From NCBI RefSeq assembly GCF_009914755.1, contig NC_060936.1: a DNA stretch of 64,000 nt; one strand, given 5' to 3'. Shown piece after piece: positions 39,950-53,400 of this stretch. Position 1 is the stretch's first letter. Each line of letters begins with the position of its first letter. This stretch comes from the human T2T-CHM13v2.0 reference genome, Homo sapiens. The translations under genes were made by a program, and so were the position numbers. Below the pieces are notes generated by a model. That model was given only the letters and a program-made list of their open reading frames with translations, had not been told where the DNA came from and ran no database searches.

Positions 39950-40360
39950 TTTCCACCATTCATCCCCCTCACATGTCAGGCTCTTATCGAACTGAGTACC
40001 TAGCCTGATGCAGAGCAGAGGGATAAAAGGAAGAAGAGATGTTCTTTCTTCCTTTTAGATTTTTGTAACTTTTGGGGAAAAGGGAGTGGAGAGGGAGAGA
40101 CAAGTTCATGGGTCATTACAATGTTGAGTGATAAGTATTTTAACATAAATAAGTACAGAGCACTGAGAGAAGGGGCTTTTAATTCATACTCAGGATAGGA
40201 AGGCTTTCTGGCATGAAAAACGGTTAATAGAAAGAGCTAAAGGGAGTGGGGGACATGGGGCGAGGAAAACATTTCAGGGAGTGGGAGACGCGTGTGCAAA
40301 GCCACAGAAGAGCGAGTCATTGAGAAACTGTAAGCTGTGTAGTGTTACTGGGATGCAGTC
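39950..40360 (-). mobile_element. L2 fragment
   Basis: GGAAGGCTTTCTGG; GGGAGACGCGTGTGCAAAGCCACAG. Confidence 0.55.
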
Positions 40361-41329
40361 ATGGCCAAAGGCATTAGCAATTGACGGCTATCTATTTTAT
40401 GGCCTTCTCCCTCTGCTCCCACCATCCTATCCTCTTCTCAATGCTCTATTCTGCCTCAGCACAATGAGGAGTACAAGGGGCAAAAGGTTGATATTTGGCA
40501 AGTACTTGGTTCTTGGTTAAATCCATCATAAGAACCCACACATACTTAGGTTTTCCAAGAAACTCAGCTCTTGCCTTCTTAATACAAACAGGAAACAGAA
40601 AACTGCTACCCATACTCAGTGGTAACCTGGACATTTCCAGATTGAGTAAATAAGATGACATCATGGGAGGAGAAGACATAAGAAAGCGTGGTGTGTTTCA
40701 CTGCAATGAAAAGCAGCCTTCTAGGGGGAAGCTGGTCCGCACCCCTCAAACCCGTTCTCCCCCATTTCTCTCCCTAGTGTCTGATTCTTTCTGTTGCCTC
40801 TGTGACTCACTATTTCACAAGGTGGTTTACTTGTATTCCCTCTCCGGTGATGCATCATTACCAGAAAATAGGTCTCATAGCGCACGGTGAGAAACCAAAA
40901 GGCAAGGGGTAAGAGAGAGTGGTTGCCTAATGGGTGCCTCATGAAAAACTGGTTGTGAAATCTGAGTTCACAACCCCACCTGCAATGCCCTGGATGTCTG
41001 ATCATAGAGGCCTGGCCCTGTGTGCCAAGAGTGAGAGCCCATAGTTTGATGTCACAGAAAGCTGGGTTACCACAAACTTTATTTTGTCTGATATTCATAT
41101 TACAAAACCAGCTTCCTTTTGATTCGTATTTATTTAGAATTTTTAATCTTTAATTTTCAACTTTCTATTAATTTATGTATGCCTCAGGAAAAGCACATGG
41201 TTGATTTAAAAAAAAATCATTCCCAATTCTCTGTCTTTTAACTGAAGAGTTTAATCCCATTATGATTAATGTGATTCCAGACTAGTGTGGATTTATTTCT
41301 ACCTTCTGATTATGAGGTTTCAACTTACA

Positions 41330-42147
41330 TTTATTTTTTAAGACTGTATTTATTTTTAAAGCAGTTTTAGGTTCCCAGGAAAATTGAGGAAAAGGCAGAG
41401 AAATATCCCATACACCCTCTGCCCCGACGTGCACAGCCTCCTCCATCATCAACACCCCCTCCCACCGCCAGAGTGCTACCTTTGCTGCCACTGGTGAACC
41501 CACATTGACACGTCATTATCTTCCAACTCCAAAACCTACAGAATGTACAACACCAAGAGTGAACATCAGAGTTCACTGTAGGTTTCAATAAATGTATAAT
41601 GACATGTACCCACCATTACAGTATAACACAGAATAGTTTCATTGCCCTAAAAATCCTCTGTGCTCTGCCTCTTCATTCCTCCCTCCCCTTTAATTCTTTA
41701 CAACCACTGATCTTTTTACTGTTGCCATAGTTTTGCCTTTTTGAGAATGTCATGTAGTTGGAACCATATAGTGTGAGCCTTTTCAATTGGCTTCTTTCAC
41801 TTAATAATATGCATTTGAATTTCCTCCATGTCTTTTCAAGGCTTGATAGCTCATTTCCTTGCAGTGCTGAATAACCCTGTATTCCATTGTCTGGATGTAC
41901 GATGCTTTATTTATTCATTCACCTACTGAGGAACATCTTGGTTGCTTTCAACTTTCGGCATTTATGAATAAAGCTGCTGTAAACATCTGTGTGCAGGTTT
42001 TTGTGTGCATATAAGATTTCAACTCCTTTAGGTAAATACCAAGGAGTGTGGTCGCTGAATCATATGGTAAGAGTATGTTTAGTTTTGTAATAAACTGCCA
42101 AACTGTCTTCCAAAATGGCTGTGCCATTTTGCATTTTCATTAGCAAT
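41330..42147 (-). mobile_element. L1MC1/2-like 3' end nested in an older L1M fragment (~41100-42500)
   Basis: GCAGTTTTAGGTTC; AATAGTTTCATTGCCCTAAAAATCCTCTGTGCTCTGCC; ACTGCCAAACTGTCTTCCAAA. Confidence 0.85.
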
Positions 42148-42869
42148 TTCTACTTAATCACATTTTCATCTTTTTTCTTTTTGTCTTTGCTTTTTTCTTC
42201 CTCCTTTTCTCTTTTGTATTAGGTGGAGAGAATTTTTTTTTACCTTTTCCTTCCCACCCACCTTTTCTTCTCTCCTTCTTCAGAAGTTATTGGTTCTATT
42301 TCTATTTTCTAAATAGGCACATTTGATTCTTACCATGCTTATGGTTAATCACTGTAATCAATGTAATAATCCATATAGCCCTTCCTGAGCAAAATGAGGT
42401 CCTCAGAACACTTAACCTCCAAACTTTCCCCCTTTCTAGCATTTATATTCTTTTTGTCTACCCACACTAGAGCCCCAACTCCAGCCCCTTCCTCTCTGTA
42501 TTATGTTGTAAGTAATGTCACCTCCCTGATTCTCAGATTCTTCAACTAAAAAAGAGTAGAAGTCATAACATCTTCTTTGGAGGCTACTTGGATGGCCAGA
42601 AACAATGTACATGAGGTGAAAATGTTCCAGGCCATCCACGCATTTATTGTAAAATCTGCTAAAAGTTGAAGAAGTCAGAGAATGATTGCAGCAGGACAAT
42701 AGGGAAGGACTTTTATTCTCCTTTCCTGCCCCTTCCTTATTTTGTCCTATTTGAACACGCTTTTTATTTTATAATCGATGTCTATTAGGACCTCACTTCC
42801 TGTCAAGGCGATGAAGTCTTACAAAGATCCATTTGCACTGAACTCTCCACGTGCAGGAAGTTACCGCCT

Positions 42870-43390
42870 TGCTCTCTGGACCTCCTGTCTCTTTTCTCTG
42901 AATCTTCATTCCCTCCTGTTCCTCTGTCTCTGACCCTGTCTCCATGTCTGTCTCTTCCACTGCCTGGCTCCTTCCTCTTCTTCACTTGCTTCTGACAGTC
43001 AGGGTTTCTGCCTTGCCCCGTCTTTCTCTCTGTCCCTCCACGTCTTTGTTTTTCTCATCTCCGCTTCTCTCTCCCTCCGTGTCCAGGTCTCTTCCTGTCC
43101 ATCCATCTCTCAGCCTCAGCCTAGCTCGGTCCTCCACTCTGATTCTCTCCCATCCATCTCCCTGGGCCTGACAGAGGCTCTTTGTCGAGTCTCTTCCTCT
43201 GTCTGCCCCCATCCGTTGTTTTCTCTGTATGTCGCTGGCTGCGCATGTGCCACTGTTTCTATCATTTTCTCTCCATCTAGCCATTGATCTCTGATTCCCC
43301 TGCTCCGCTTCTCTGTCTCTCATCCCTGTCACCACCTCCCTCTCTGTCACTTTCTTATTCTCTCCCTGCCTCTTTGCACGCTCTTTGCAC
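42870..43390 (+). repeat. Degenerate CT-rich low-complexity region
   Basis: Repeated TCTC/CTGTC units. Confidence 0.7.
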
Positions 43391-44524
43391 ATCAGGCCCG
43401 GCCCCAGCCCAGGGTCTCTGGGCTCCAGGAAGCCAGCCAGGGGCTGTGCAGGCTGCGCTGTAACTCAGGAACTCCGCCAGCAATCATTTCATTAGGCAGG
43501 AATGGCGTTCCCATTACCAGATAGCAGGCCTGCTTCTTCCCCGCCATGGCCCCCTCCCCGCTGCAAAGCCCCCTTGCAACTTCCTGCTCGCAGCAGCCAC
43601 ACAAGGCCTCATTCTAATCCTCCAACTTGTCTGTTTAGTGTCTTTGGAGAGGGGAAAGGAGCAGAAAAGTAGCTTGTCTTTTATTTTTATTTGCCTTCTT
43701 TTTTTTCCTTCCTCCAGATATCCCCCTGGGGCACCGGCCTAGAACAGAGCAACAAATATTTACTAATTCCATTAACAGAAGAGAGTTGGAATTTTTTTTT
43801 CCCAAGCGAATATCCGAGGCCCCAAGTTCATGGTGAGCCCTCTCCCCCGCATGGCCCCCTCTCCCCCCACCTCCTCCCTACACGCCCAGGACTTATATAT
43901 AGTTCACTCAGTGCCATTTCCCCAATTTTTTCTGAAGTTCAAGACAAGTTGAAGGGTCAAAAAGGCAAAGGGTGTTTTAGAAGTTTAGCAGACAGCTTTT
44001 GGTACAAGGAAAAGAGAGGGAGAGCTGGAGAGAGGGAAACAGGGTGAAGAGGCAGGAATCTGGCTCGCATTAAGCTGGGAGGTTCCAACCATTGATTCGC
44101 TCTGGAATTATGGCTTAAAAAAATTGCAAGACATGGTTTATTCATGAGGGTTCTTTTTTTTTCTTAAGTAGCCACCCAAAGTTACACTTTGGTTCACCAA
44201 GACGAAGACTCATCCTTCCTCTCTCTATGGATCTTTCAGGTAGGACTGGGAGTAAAGGGAGGGAGGATGGGAGACGATAGATTTTCAAGACAGTGAGTTC
44301 TGAGAACATAGAAGCATCTTCTGGCCAGGCCTATTCAATGTCTTTACCTTCCCTGCTTCTTAGGATAAACCAATGACAATTCTTTGCAAGGGGAAGGGAG
44401 ATCTCTTATGGGAAGGGGGAACTTCTTCTGAAAGGGCAACTCCTGACCTCTGGTAAAAGAGGACGTAGAGGAAAAAATACGGGATTAGGCTGATGAATGC
44501 TACATTGGAAACAGGTTTAGTGAT

Positions 44525-44979
44525 TGCATTCATCTCCTAGAGCTGCCCCCAACAAATGACCACCAACAGGTGGCTTAAAATGAGAGAAATGTATTCTTCC
44601 ACAGTCCTAGAGGCCAGAAGTCTAGAATCAAGGTGTCATCAAAGCCACACTCCCTCTGAAGGCTCCAGGGAGGAATCCTTCCTTGCTTCTTCCAGCTTCT
44701 GATGGCCCCAGGCATTCTTGGCTCATGCCTGCATCACTCCAATCTCTGTTCCCATGTTCACATGGCTTTCTCGATGTGTATCAAATCTCCCTCTCCTTTC
44801 TCTGATAGGGACATTTGTCCTTGGGCTTAGGGTCCACCCTAAATTAAGGATGATCTCATCCTAAGATTCTTACATCTGCAAAGACCCTATTTCCAAATAA
44901 AGCCACATTCACAGTTACGTGGTGGGGGATGTTAGGACTTGGGCTTAGGTATTTGGGAGACACCATTAAACCTACTACA
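44525..44979 (-). mobile_element. MLT1B/C LTR
   Basis: GAGGCCAGAAGTCTAGAATCAAGGTGTC; ACATCTGCAAAGACCCTATTTCCAAATAA. Confidence 0.87.
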
Positions 44980-45679
44980 GTGATCATAGAGTGCTTCTCA
45001 ACAATGCCACATGTGGAAGTCAATTAAAAGCAACCTGGAGCAACACAGCTGGAGAAACGCTTGGTGCTGAGTTCTTTCTCTTCTCTTTCCATCCTGCTTA
45101 TTACAAGGAAAAAGCCTTAGCTGGGTGCTAGGGTCCTTGAACACTTTCTTACCCCCTTGTGAATCCTCCTTTTTAAGAAAGAGAGATGACATCTCTGGAA
45201 GTCAACCTTCAGCAGGTTAAATAAATCCAGTATTTATTATACACTTGATTCACATGACCTTCTATTTATGAAAATAGATACTGGTCTTCCCCTGATGTCA
45301 TGACATGTAGCTTCCTTTTGGATTAAATTAAATTTGAGCAATTGATAAGCAATTGAGTTGAGAAAAATATTAAGTAGATAAATAATGGAAGTAGTACATA
45401 ACCATGGCAAGTGTGCATTTGCTGCACAGGTTAAGGAAAATTGGGAAATACTGAAGTGGCATGCTGGTTTTCCACAACAGCCCAACACCTGTGAGGTTTA
45501 CCAGCACGAGGGGGGTTAAGACAGGTTCAGTCCGCTGGAGTCTGCTGTTTCTCCTTGAACCTGAGCCACTGTTTCTCATGGTTATATGCATTGGGTTTCC
45601 CCATGAGATTTTATTTGGGGGTGGGAAAAACCCCCAAAGTTCCATAACTAAAAGAAAGCTTAACACATCAACCTTCTCT

Positions 45680-46010
45680 GTCATTTCACTTCTGTTTTAC
45701 AGATGAAGAAATTAAGGCTCAGGAGGGAGGAAAAAAATAAAAGAAAGAATTGTCCAAGGTCACCAAGGCATCTGGACTCCCATATGTTGAGCTACTTCTG
45801 CTTGTGGGGCAGCTGCAATACATGAATTCTTCACTACATGAGTTATTGTATTAAGTCCTCAGAACAGCACTGTGAAGTTGCTGGAATTTTACAGGGGAGG
45901 AAACTGAGGCGCAGAGAGGTTAGGAGCTCATCTGAAATGGCTGAGCTGATAAGGAGAGGAGCTGGGATTCCCACCCATATCTGACTGTCTTTCCATCTGG
46001 TGTATTTACT
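45680..46010 (-). mobile_element. Two MIR fragments
   Basis: TTTTACAGATGAAGAAATTAAGGCTCAG; TTTTACAGGGGAGGAAACTGAGGCGCAGAGAGGTTA. Confidence 0.8.
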
Positions 46011-46040
46011 ACAGCAGCCTATTGTCTTCTCTCACTGCAT

Positions 46041-46041
<1 letters not shown>

Positions 46042-46097
<56 letters not shown>
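46042..46097 (+). repeat. (CA)28 microsatellite
   Basis: Pure CA run. Confidence 0.97.
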
Positions 46098-46098
<1 letters not shown>

Positions 46099-46939
46099 GG
46101 TTTTTGCACCAAAGCATTTGGCTGAGGACATGCTAAGTCCTGGTTGTTTTTGCAGGCTCTGTATTCACACACCTTGTCCACATGACACTTCTCTGTTGGA
46201 TCTACTTGGAAGTTCTTGCAGGTGACAGCATATTTCTGGCTTATTCTGAAGGGTATTAAGTGTAAGAGAGACTTTCCTTCTTGGAGAAAGAAGAGGCACT
46301 GTGTGTAAAGAGAGAGATTTTGAGCCTAAGGGTGTCAAGTTATTGCTTTCTACTCTGGAAATTTCTAGACATTGGAAGATAATGAAATGAAGCCAATTAT
46401 CTGGCTTTTTTATTTTAAACAACCAGATGTTGAGCCCTGACACCATGATCACAGGAGTGACCTGCCTCTGATGTGTTAGCTGCTGAGAGTCTACACTGAT
46501 GATGCTGTTGTATTGTTAGTTCCCTGGCGCAGGCGCTTCCAGAAGCTAATGTGAGCCATGAACCTCCTATCCCCATAGCTAAATGCCCACACACAACATT
46601 TTTCATACAACTCCTTGGATTTTATATACTCTTGGAAGCTCTTCTCTGAGTTCTGGTGTAAGATTCTCTTATTTACTAATCAGCTTGGGGACACTCCTGG
46701 ATATTCCCATGGGTGACTACTTCAACTCACAGATGGAGAAACTGAGACCTGAGGGCAGAAGAACTCCCCCAAGTCCCAGGGATAGTTAGGACTGGAGGGT
46801 TTGGGTGCTATCTATGCCTTCTCACTATACCTACGGCTCACTGCCTCTTCTCACTGCCTTTCTCTGTGAAAGCTTAAGACATTTCTGAGTAGACGTAGGC
46901 AGTCTGGGAGAACAGGACATTGGGAACCCAAAGAGTAGA

Positions 46940-47190
46940 GAATAAAGGATTCTGCACCAATCTCGTAGGTTTGAATCCAAGCTTCACCACTTACCTAAAG
47001 TCTTGGACGAGACATTGAACCTTTCTGTTCCACAATTTTCTCATCAGTAAAATGGGGATTATATTAGCATCTACATCACAGAGTCATGCTGAAGGTTAAA
47101 ATAGGACCCACATAAAGTTTTGAAAGAACACCTAGCACACAGTACACATTCAATGAATAGTTATTCCTATTATCATCATTATTAGGATCA
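46940..47190 (+). mobile_element. MIR
   Basis: GGTTTGAATCCAAGCTTCACCACTTAC...TTTTCTCATCAGTAAAATGGGGAT. Confidence 0.82.
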
Positions 47191-48529
47191 TGATTAGATG
47201 TAGAGGGAAAAACGCCTCTTGTGATGTGGCACAGACTCCATAGACAGGCTCATATGCGTCCTCTCCCACTCCAACTCAGCCAAGAAACATTTCACTCCAG
47301 GCACAAACTGATTTTGGTATTGGGATGGTAAGATTCAGAGGTGCTTGGAGCCTAACTGGCTTAATCCATAATTTTTAGGCAGAGAAACAAATGTGTAGAG
47401 AAATCGAGGGATTTTTCTGAAGCTCCCAGAGCTATCTAGAAGCACAACCAGGTCTCCAGAACTTTCAACCTGGAGCTGGGACTCCATTCAATAGAGCACC
47501 CTCTCCTCCCACTACTTCAGGCTCATCTCCCTCAAAATGTAGTTCTGAAAAGAAGCCACCGGCTCTGTGACACCGAAGGGGTTAACTCAGAACCCTGCAG
47601 CTGGCTGCAGTGAGCTTCCTCAGTTCTGATTTTCATTTGCAAAACAAACAAACAAGAGCCTCTCTAATAACTCCCAGGCCTCCTTCTTTGTGGCTGAGAT
47701 GCAGATTTTGTAAGAAGCAAGGCTTCCAAAGATCCCTAATTCCTATGCTGTTGTTGACAAAGGACTAAAGGCTGTTTCATGGCTAGTGAAAGCTTTACAC
47801 TCTCATTCATTCATTCAAATTCATTCATTCACCAAATAATTACTGAAGACCTACCTCATGCTGCAGACATGGATACAGCCACCCTCCCAGCCCTCATAGA
47901 ATGGATGGTATTCTTACAGTGTTTTCAGAGCTGCACCAACAGAGAGGCTAGCATGAGATAGGAACATGGAGGTATTCAGCAAATAAATGCCAGTCCAAGA
48001 GGAACATGGGATCATTTGGTTCAATGGAAGTCCAGTTCTCCAGGTTGAATTTCTAGTTTCTTGCCTGGTTCAGAATCACATTGGCACCCCAGATTGGCCA
48101 TTCTTCTCATCCTCTCCTCCTTTTCCTCTTTTTCCTTCTTCCTCTTGTTCATGTTGTCTATCATGAGCTAAAAAATAAATCAAGATGATATATTGGGTAC
48201 CCCCCTTTTTCTAGATGGGCAGTGGAGGACAGAGAAAACAGTCTATGCAGCCAAATCTTCACAGGTAGTAAGTAGGGAAACAGGGTTTGAACCCAAGTCT
48301 GTAGGCCTCCAGATCCTAGGCTCTTCTCTTCTGGTTTATTTGTGTCATCTCCTTTCATTTGTCAGATCAAATGTAGAATAAGGGAGGTTTAAGGCCCACC
48401 ATGAGTTTCCACAACAGCTAATATTTGGAGGAATTATAAGTTCTGGAATGACAGCCACTTTAAGCTGCAATGTAAATGTTCTTCTTTAGAAACATACCTG
48501 AGGGATTGGGAAAAGCAGGTGGGAGAAAT

Positions 48530-48732
48530 GCTAGCTATGTCCTTACATGGTAGAAGGGGTGAGAAAGGTCTCTGGAGCACTGCTGAGAGGGGCACTAATC
48601 TCATTCATAAGGGCTCCACCCTCGTGACCTAATCACTTCTCAAGGCCTTCTTTTCAAATAGCATCACATTGGGGATTAAGTTTCAACATAGGAATTTTGG
48701 AGGGGGGGACATAAGATTTCAGTCTATAGCAT
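48530..48732 (-). mobile_element. MLT1A/MST LTR fragment
   Basis: AGGGCTCCACCCTCGTGACCTAATCAC...CATCACATTGGGGATTAAGTTTCAACAT. Confidence 0.8.
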
Positions 48733-48799
48733 CAATCAAAGCTTTATCTTCTCAAATAGATATTGTCTTATGTAATCAGGTTGAATTTGATTAGTACCT

Positions 48800-49222
48800 C
48801 CCTGTGTCCATTGAGTCCTATGGGAAGCAGATGGTAAAATGGAGTGAGAAATACAAGACATGTCTTAGGGGGTAATGCTTGTGAAAGATAAAAGCAGAGA
48901 AAACAGGAATAGGTAAAAAGAGCCTCAGATTACAATGAAGATCCAACAAAGTCTGAACCAACTTAATGAGGACCTCTTCCAGAGCTGAGATTTCCCATTA
49001 GAGGAGTCCTGCAGTGGGCAGAACCGGCCAGGCTCTGGTACTTCTCCCATGCTCAGTGTTTGGCTGGGGGCTCCCGAAGAAAGATGTGGCTTTGATTTAA
49101 AAGCTGAAGTAGATCTCAAAGGTGCTGCGGCTGAGGGCTGTCCACTGACTTCACTCCTTGCAGCTGAATGGCAAGTTATTTCTTGAAAGGAGACCTGAGT
49201 GTCACATCTTCATGGCTACCAT
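48800..49222 (-). mobile_element. LTR16-family ERVL LTR
   Basis: CCCATTAGAGGAGTCCTGCAGTGGGCAG; GCTCAGTGTTTGGCTGGGGGCT. Confidence 0.65.
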
Positions 49223-49316
49223 ACCCTTTTATACCTACTATATATGAAACACTGTATTAGGTCCTGGAAAGGGAGAAGGAAGGTAATACTTAATTCCTAC
49301 CTTAAGAGAACTTACG

Positions 49317-49727
<411 letters not shown>

Positions 49728-50137
49728 CTAGAAGTAGCCATTAATTCTTATTGCAATTAATGTAAAATCCACAGCGTTTTTTTTTGTTAATAGAGAAGTA
49801 AAGTCAAGCAATAAGCCGGTGACATGTAATATGGGTCATAATTATATGCCACAGATACCTGTGAAATCTATTATTATACTAATAAATTGCAAAAATTCCT
49901 GCAAGAACGTGTTGGCAGCTGCCATGCCAATGCTTACCAGCTCATCAGTTGTTTGCAGGCTCTGCAAACATATGAATATTGGTTGAAAAAACACACTTGA
50001 TATTTGCTGAAGAATGCTTATTTTCAGATTTGACACTGCATTGCAGTGTGTATACTTTATTTAAGAATATATCAAATAAAGATCTCTACCAAATAGTACC
50101 TTGATTAAAAATCTATGGTGATAATAATGAAGATTGG

Positions 50138-50670
50138 TATTCCAGTTATCTAATATTGCTTAATAAACCAGTCCAAGCTTAGTGCCCTAAAACAACAACT
50201 ATTTCATTATGCTTATGGGTGCTGTGGATCAGGATTATGGATTAGGACAGCAGCAGGGTTGTTTTGTCTCTGCTGTATGATGACCAAGTTTCATCTGGGA
50301 AGATTCTTAAAGGCTGGGGGCTGGAAACATCTGGAGGTTCCTTCACTTATATGAGTGATGGCTGGGCTTAGCTCAGATATTGGATCAGAGAACTTACATC
50401 TGACTCCTCATTGTGGCTTGGGCTTCCCCACAGCATGGTGGCCTCATACTCTCTCCAGGAACCAGTGCTCCAGTGTTCTAGTGAACAAGGCAGAAGTTGC
50501 ATGGCCTTTTATGACCTAGCCATGGAAGTCAGACAGCATCACTTCCACCATACTCTTTTGGTGAAAGAAGTCACAAACCCACCCAGAGTTGAGTGGGGAG
50601 GATACAGACGCCACCTCTTGATAGGAGGAGGGTCAAAAAAATGTGTGGCTATTTTAAAGAACTGCCACAG
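50138..50670 (-). mobile_element. MLT1G/H-like LTR
   Basis: GGCCTTTTATGACCTAGCC...CATCACTTCCACCATACTC...ends ACTGCCACA. Confidence 0.82.
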
Positions 50671-53169
50671 TTGTTGATGATAGTTATCACAAGCTATGTG
50701 CCAAGCTTGATGCTAAGCTATCGTGCATTTATTCTTCACAATATCCTTGGGAATTAGGTACTGCAATCTTCATTTTATAGAGAGCTCAGGTGACTTTCCC
50801 AGTCACACAGCTACAAAGTGGCATATCCATGATGAATTCCCAGATCTGTCAGGTTCTATAACCCTTCACACTAGTCTCAGTTTCATGCCTGGATGTCACC
50901 TCACCCTGACTCCTATTCCTGGGCTGGGGCTGGCATAGGAGGAGAAGGCAATTGAAATAAAAAAATCAAAAATGAATTCAAAGCATTTCCTGGCTCATGA
51001 AAATAATGTAAAATAATTTTATGATTGCTTTTATTCATATGCAAACTCTTAAGTTGAAAATACTATAGCAAAGTGGCCAGTGACAATGTTCCATTCATAA
51101 TGTTCCATTGCCTCCTGCATTATATACGCTAACCTATGCTGCCTAGTCTTTCATGCCCATCTCTAGATGGGTGATAGTGCCTTGAAGGGGTATTAGATGC
51201 TCTTCCTTAAGGAGATGGCAGGAGAGAAAATGAGGTTCAGACCCTAACTTGCTCTCTATTGTGCCTGCATGGAATTGATCATGTGTGTCAGAACACCCTG
51301 GGACTCACTGTGACAGAGTCTGGAAGACACCTAAGCCTTGGTGGGAATGGGTCCCCTGCAGGGAAGATGAGAATGTCTCAGAGAAAGGAACCATAGCCTT
51401 GGTTTTGGTAGGTGGTCTGTGTCAGCCCAAGAGTTAGAGGGGACAGATCTGGGAGACAGAAGAGACTCAATTAACCCCTCCCACCCCTTCCCTTATCCTG
51501 ATGCCCACCTAGGCTGCACCTAAACATTTAGCATGGACATTGAAGGTGTTTCACTGTGCGTTTCTGCCACACTTCTGGGGTTTGAAGTGACTTTGGACAG
51601 CACAGTTTTCCTTTTCCACGTCCTAAGTTCATGACATCTCCTGAGATCCCAGCTGAGACTCCTCCTTCCCTACTACACTCTTGCATCCTCTGGATCCTCC
51701 TATGAGGCACCCGGTACACAGTAGGGGGCCCATTAATATTGAAAGAATTGTACTTGGCATTCCACCACTTTGAAATTGCAGATAATCTGTCTGCTTCGCA
51801 CATATTTCTGCTTCCTACCTTGGTCTGTGTTGTCCGTCTTGCCTCAGATTTACTCCTCACTCTCTGCCTGACCTTGATCCTTTCCACCCCTCAGGATACT
51901 TCAGATTCACTTGGGGCTCATTTCCCTTGAGAAGCTTTCCTTACAGCCAGTCTTCCAAGCCTGGGTTGAAAGCTCCTCCCTCTTCGCCCTCTGTTTACTC
52001 ACCTGGCAGCATACTGCGATGCATTCATGTGCAGGAGGGTTAAATTTCAATTTCATATGCTGTGATTCAGATGTACCCTGAAGAATTTAAGAAACAAAAC
52101 ATATCTTTCTTCAGTTTTTATATTTAATTTTGCTCTGGAGTGTCCATTTCCATTAATGGCATAAAAAATTAAATTTGCCAACTAGAGGTAACTATCTCTT
52201 TAATAAATATTCAGCCAATTCAAACTCCTGGTAAGGGCTGTATCTCCTTTTTCAAGGTGTCTCTGCTCTCTGCTTCATCTCCTGGGAGGCTTCTGGGTGT
52301 GGAATAGGATGACCCTCCACTGAGTCTTCACTGTGCTCTGCCATGGGAGGCTGGCTTTGCCTACCCACTAGATGTCATGCTGCCATGCCATTTTTGACCC
52401 CTGATGTTGGCCAGGGTTGGAAGGTCTCCCACATTGTGATCCCAGAAAACACTGTGTTTCTGGCCTCTTAACACTTCCCACTGGGATGCATGAGAACTTA
52501 GATGCTACCACAAACCCTGGGGAACTGAAGGCCTCCTCTCAAGCCATGCTCCCTAGTACCTCTCAGCAATGTACAGCCTCCATCCCAGAGAAATGGGGCC
52601 ACCACCCAGATGTAGTTAGATTTTCCAAACCTATATAGATGATTCTGCCTCCACTGACTCGTGTAATGGGGTGCAGAGTCTTGCTGGGGGTTGATCAGAG
52701 ACTCTTCCTTCCCTGACTGCCCAGCTCTGAATGTACTTTCTTCTTTTCCTGCCTGCCTAAGAGTAACTCCCATTATATCATACCCTCTTTTGCTGTTACT
52801 CTACAAGCTCTTTGTTCTAGGTGGAAGCCACCTTTCCATTCTGTAGGGCAATCACTCTGTTGCTTTGACTTAATGGCAAAATCGATGTAGCAGAATGAGA
52901 AAGAGAGAGAGAGAAGAGAAAAGTACATCAGTGGATAGTAATACACATGCACACATTTCCTTTGTTACACATTGAACTCCTTTGGAACAGCTTGGTACAA
53001 GGAGAGTGCTCAAGAAACATTTCCGGAATGGAATCTTTATTTCCCAGATACTGTTTTTGACTTCTAGAGACTTCAGTACCTGGCCTAGAATGCTCTATAC
53101 TGACTGTTGGCTCCATGTCCTAGTGGGGAAAATGGAAGGGATATAATAATAAGGCTGGGCACCAGGTTG

Positions 53170-53400
53170 TGAGCATCTAGTATATATCAGATATAGTACT
53201 AGGTGCTTTCATTAACTTATCCATAAGTTCACTCAGCCACGCAGGATAGGCTTGATAATTTTCCTCTTACAGATGCAGCAACTGAAATTTGGAGAGGTTA
53301 AATTTGTTGTCTGAACATGCATTGCCAGTAAGTAAAAGGGCAAGGATTTGATCCCATGAATCTGGGACTCCAAAGCCCAGGGCCTTTTCGCTTGATCACA
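53170..53400 (-). mobile_element. MIR
   Basis: TTACAGATGCAGCAACTGAAATTTGGAGAGGTTAA...CTGGGACTCCAAAGCCCA. Confidence 0.8.

Noticed and set aside
43546-43617. Strong Kozak CCGCCATGG opening a 23-aa ORF (MAPSPLQSPLATSCSQQPHKASF)
   Set aside because: No supporting transcript structure or homology; expected by chance in a GC-rich patch.
44563-44576. CTCF-like CCAACAGGTGGC inside an MLT1
   Set aside because: Single imperfect motif derived from LTR sequence; not supportable without ChIP data.
52270-52830. Possible additional old LTR
   Set aside because: LTR-like composition, but I could not match it to a family confidently.
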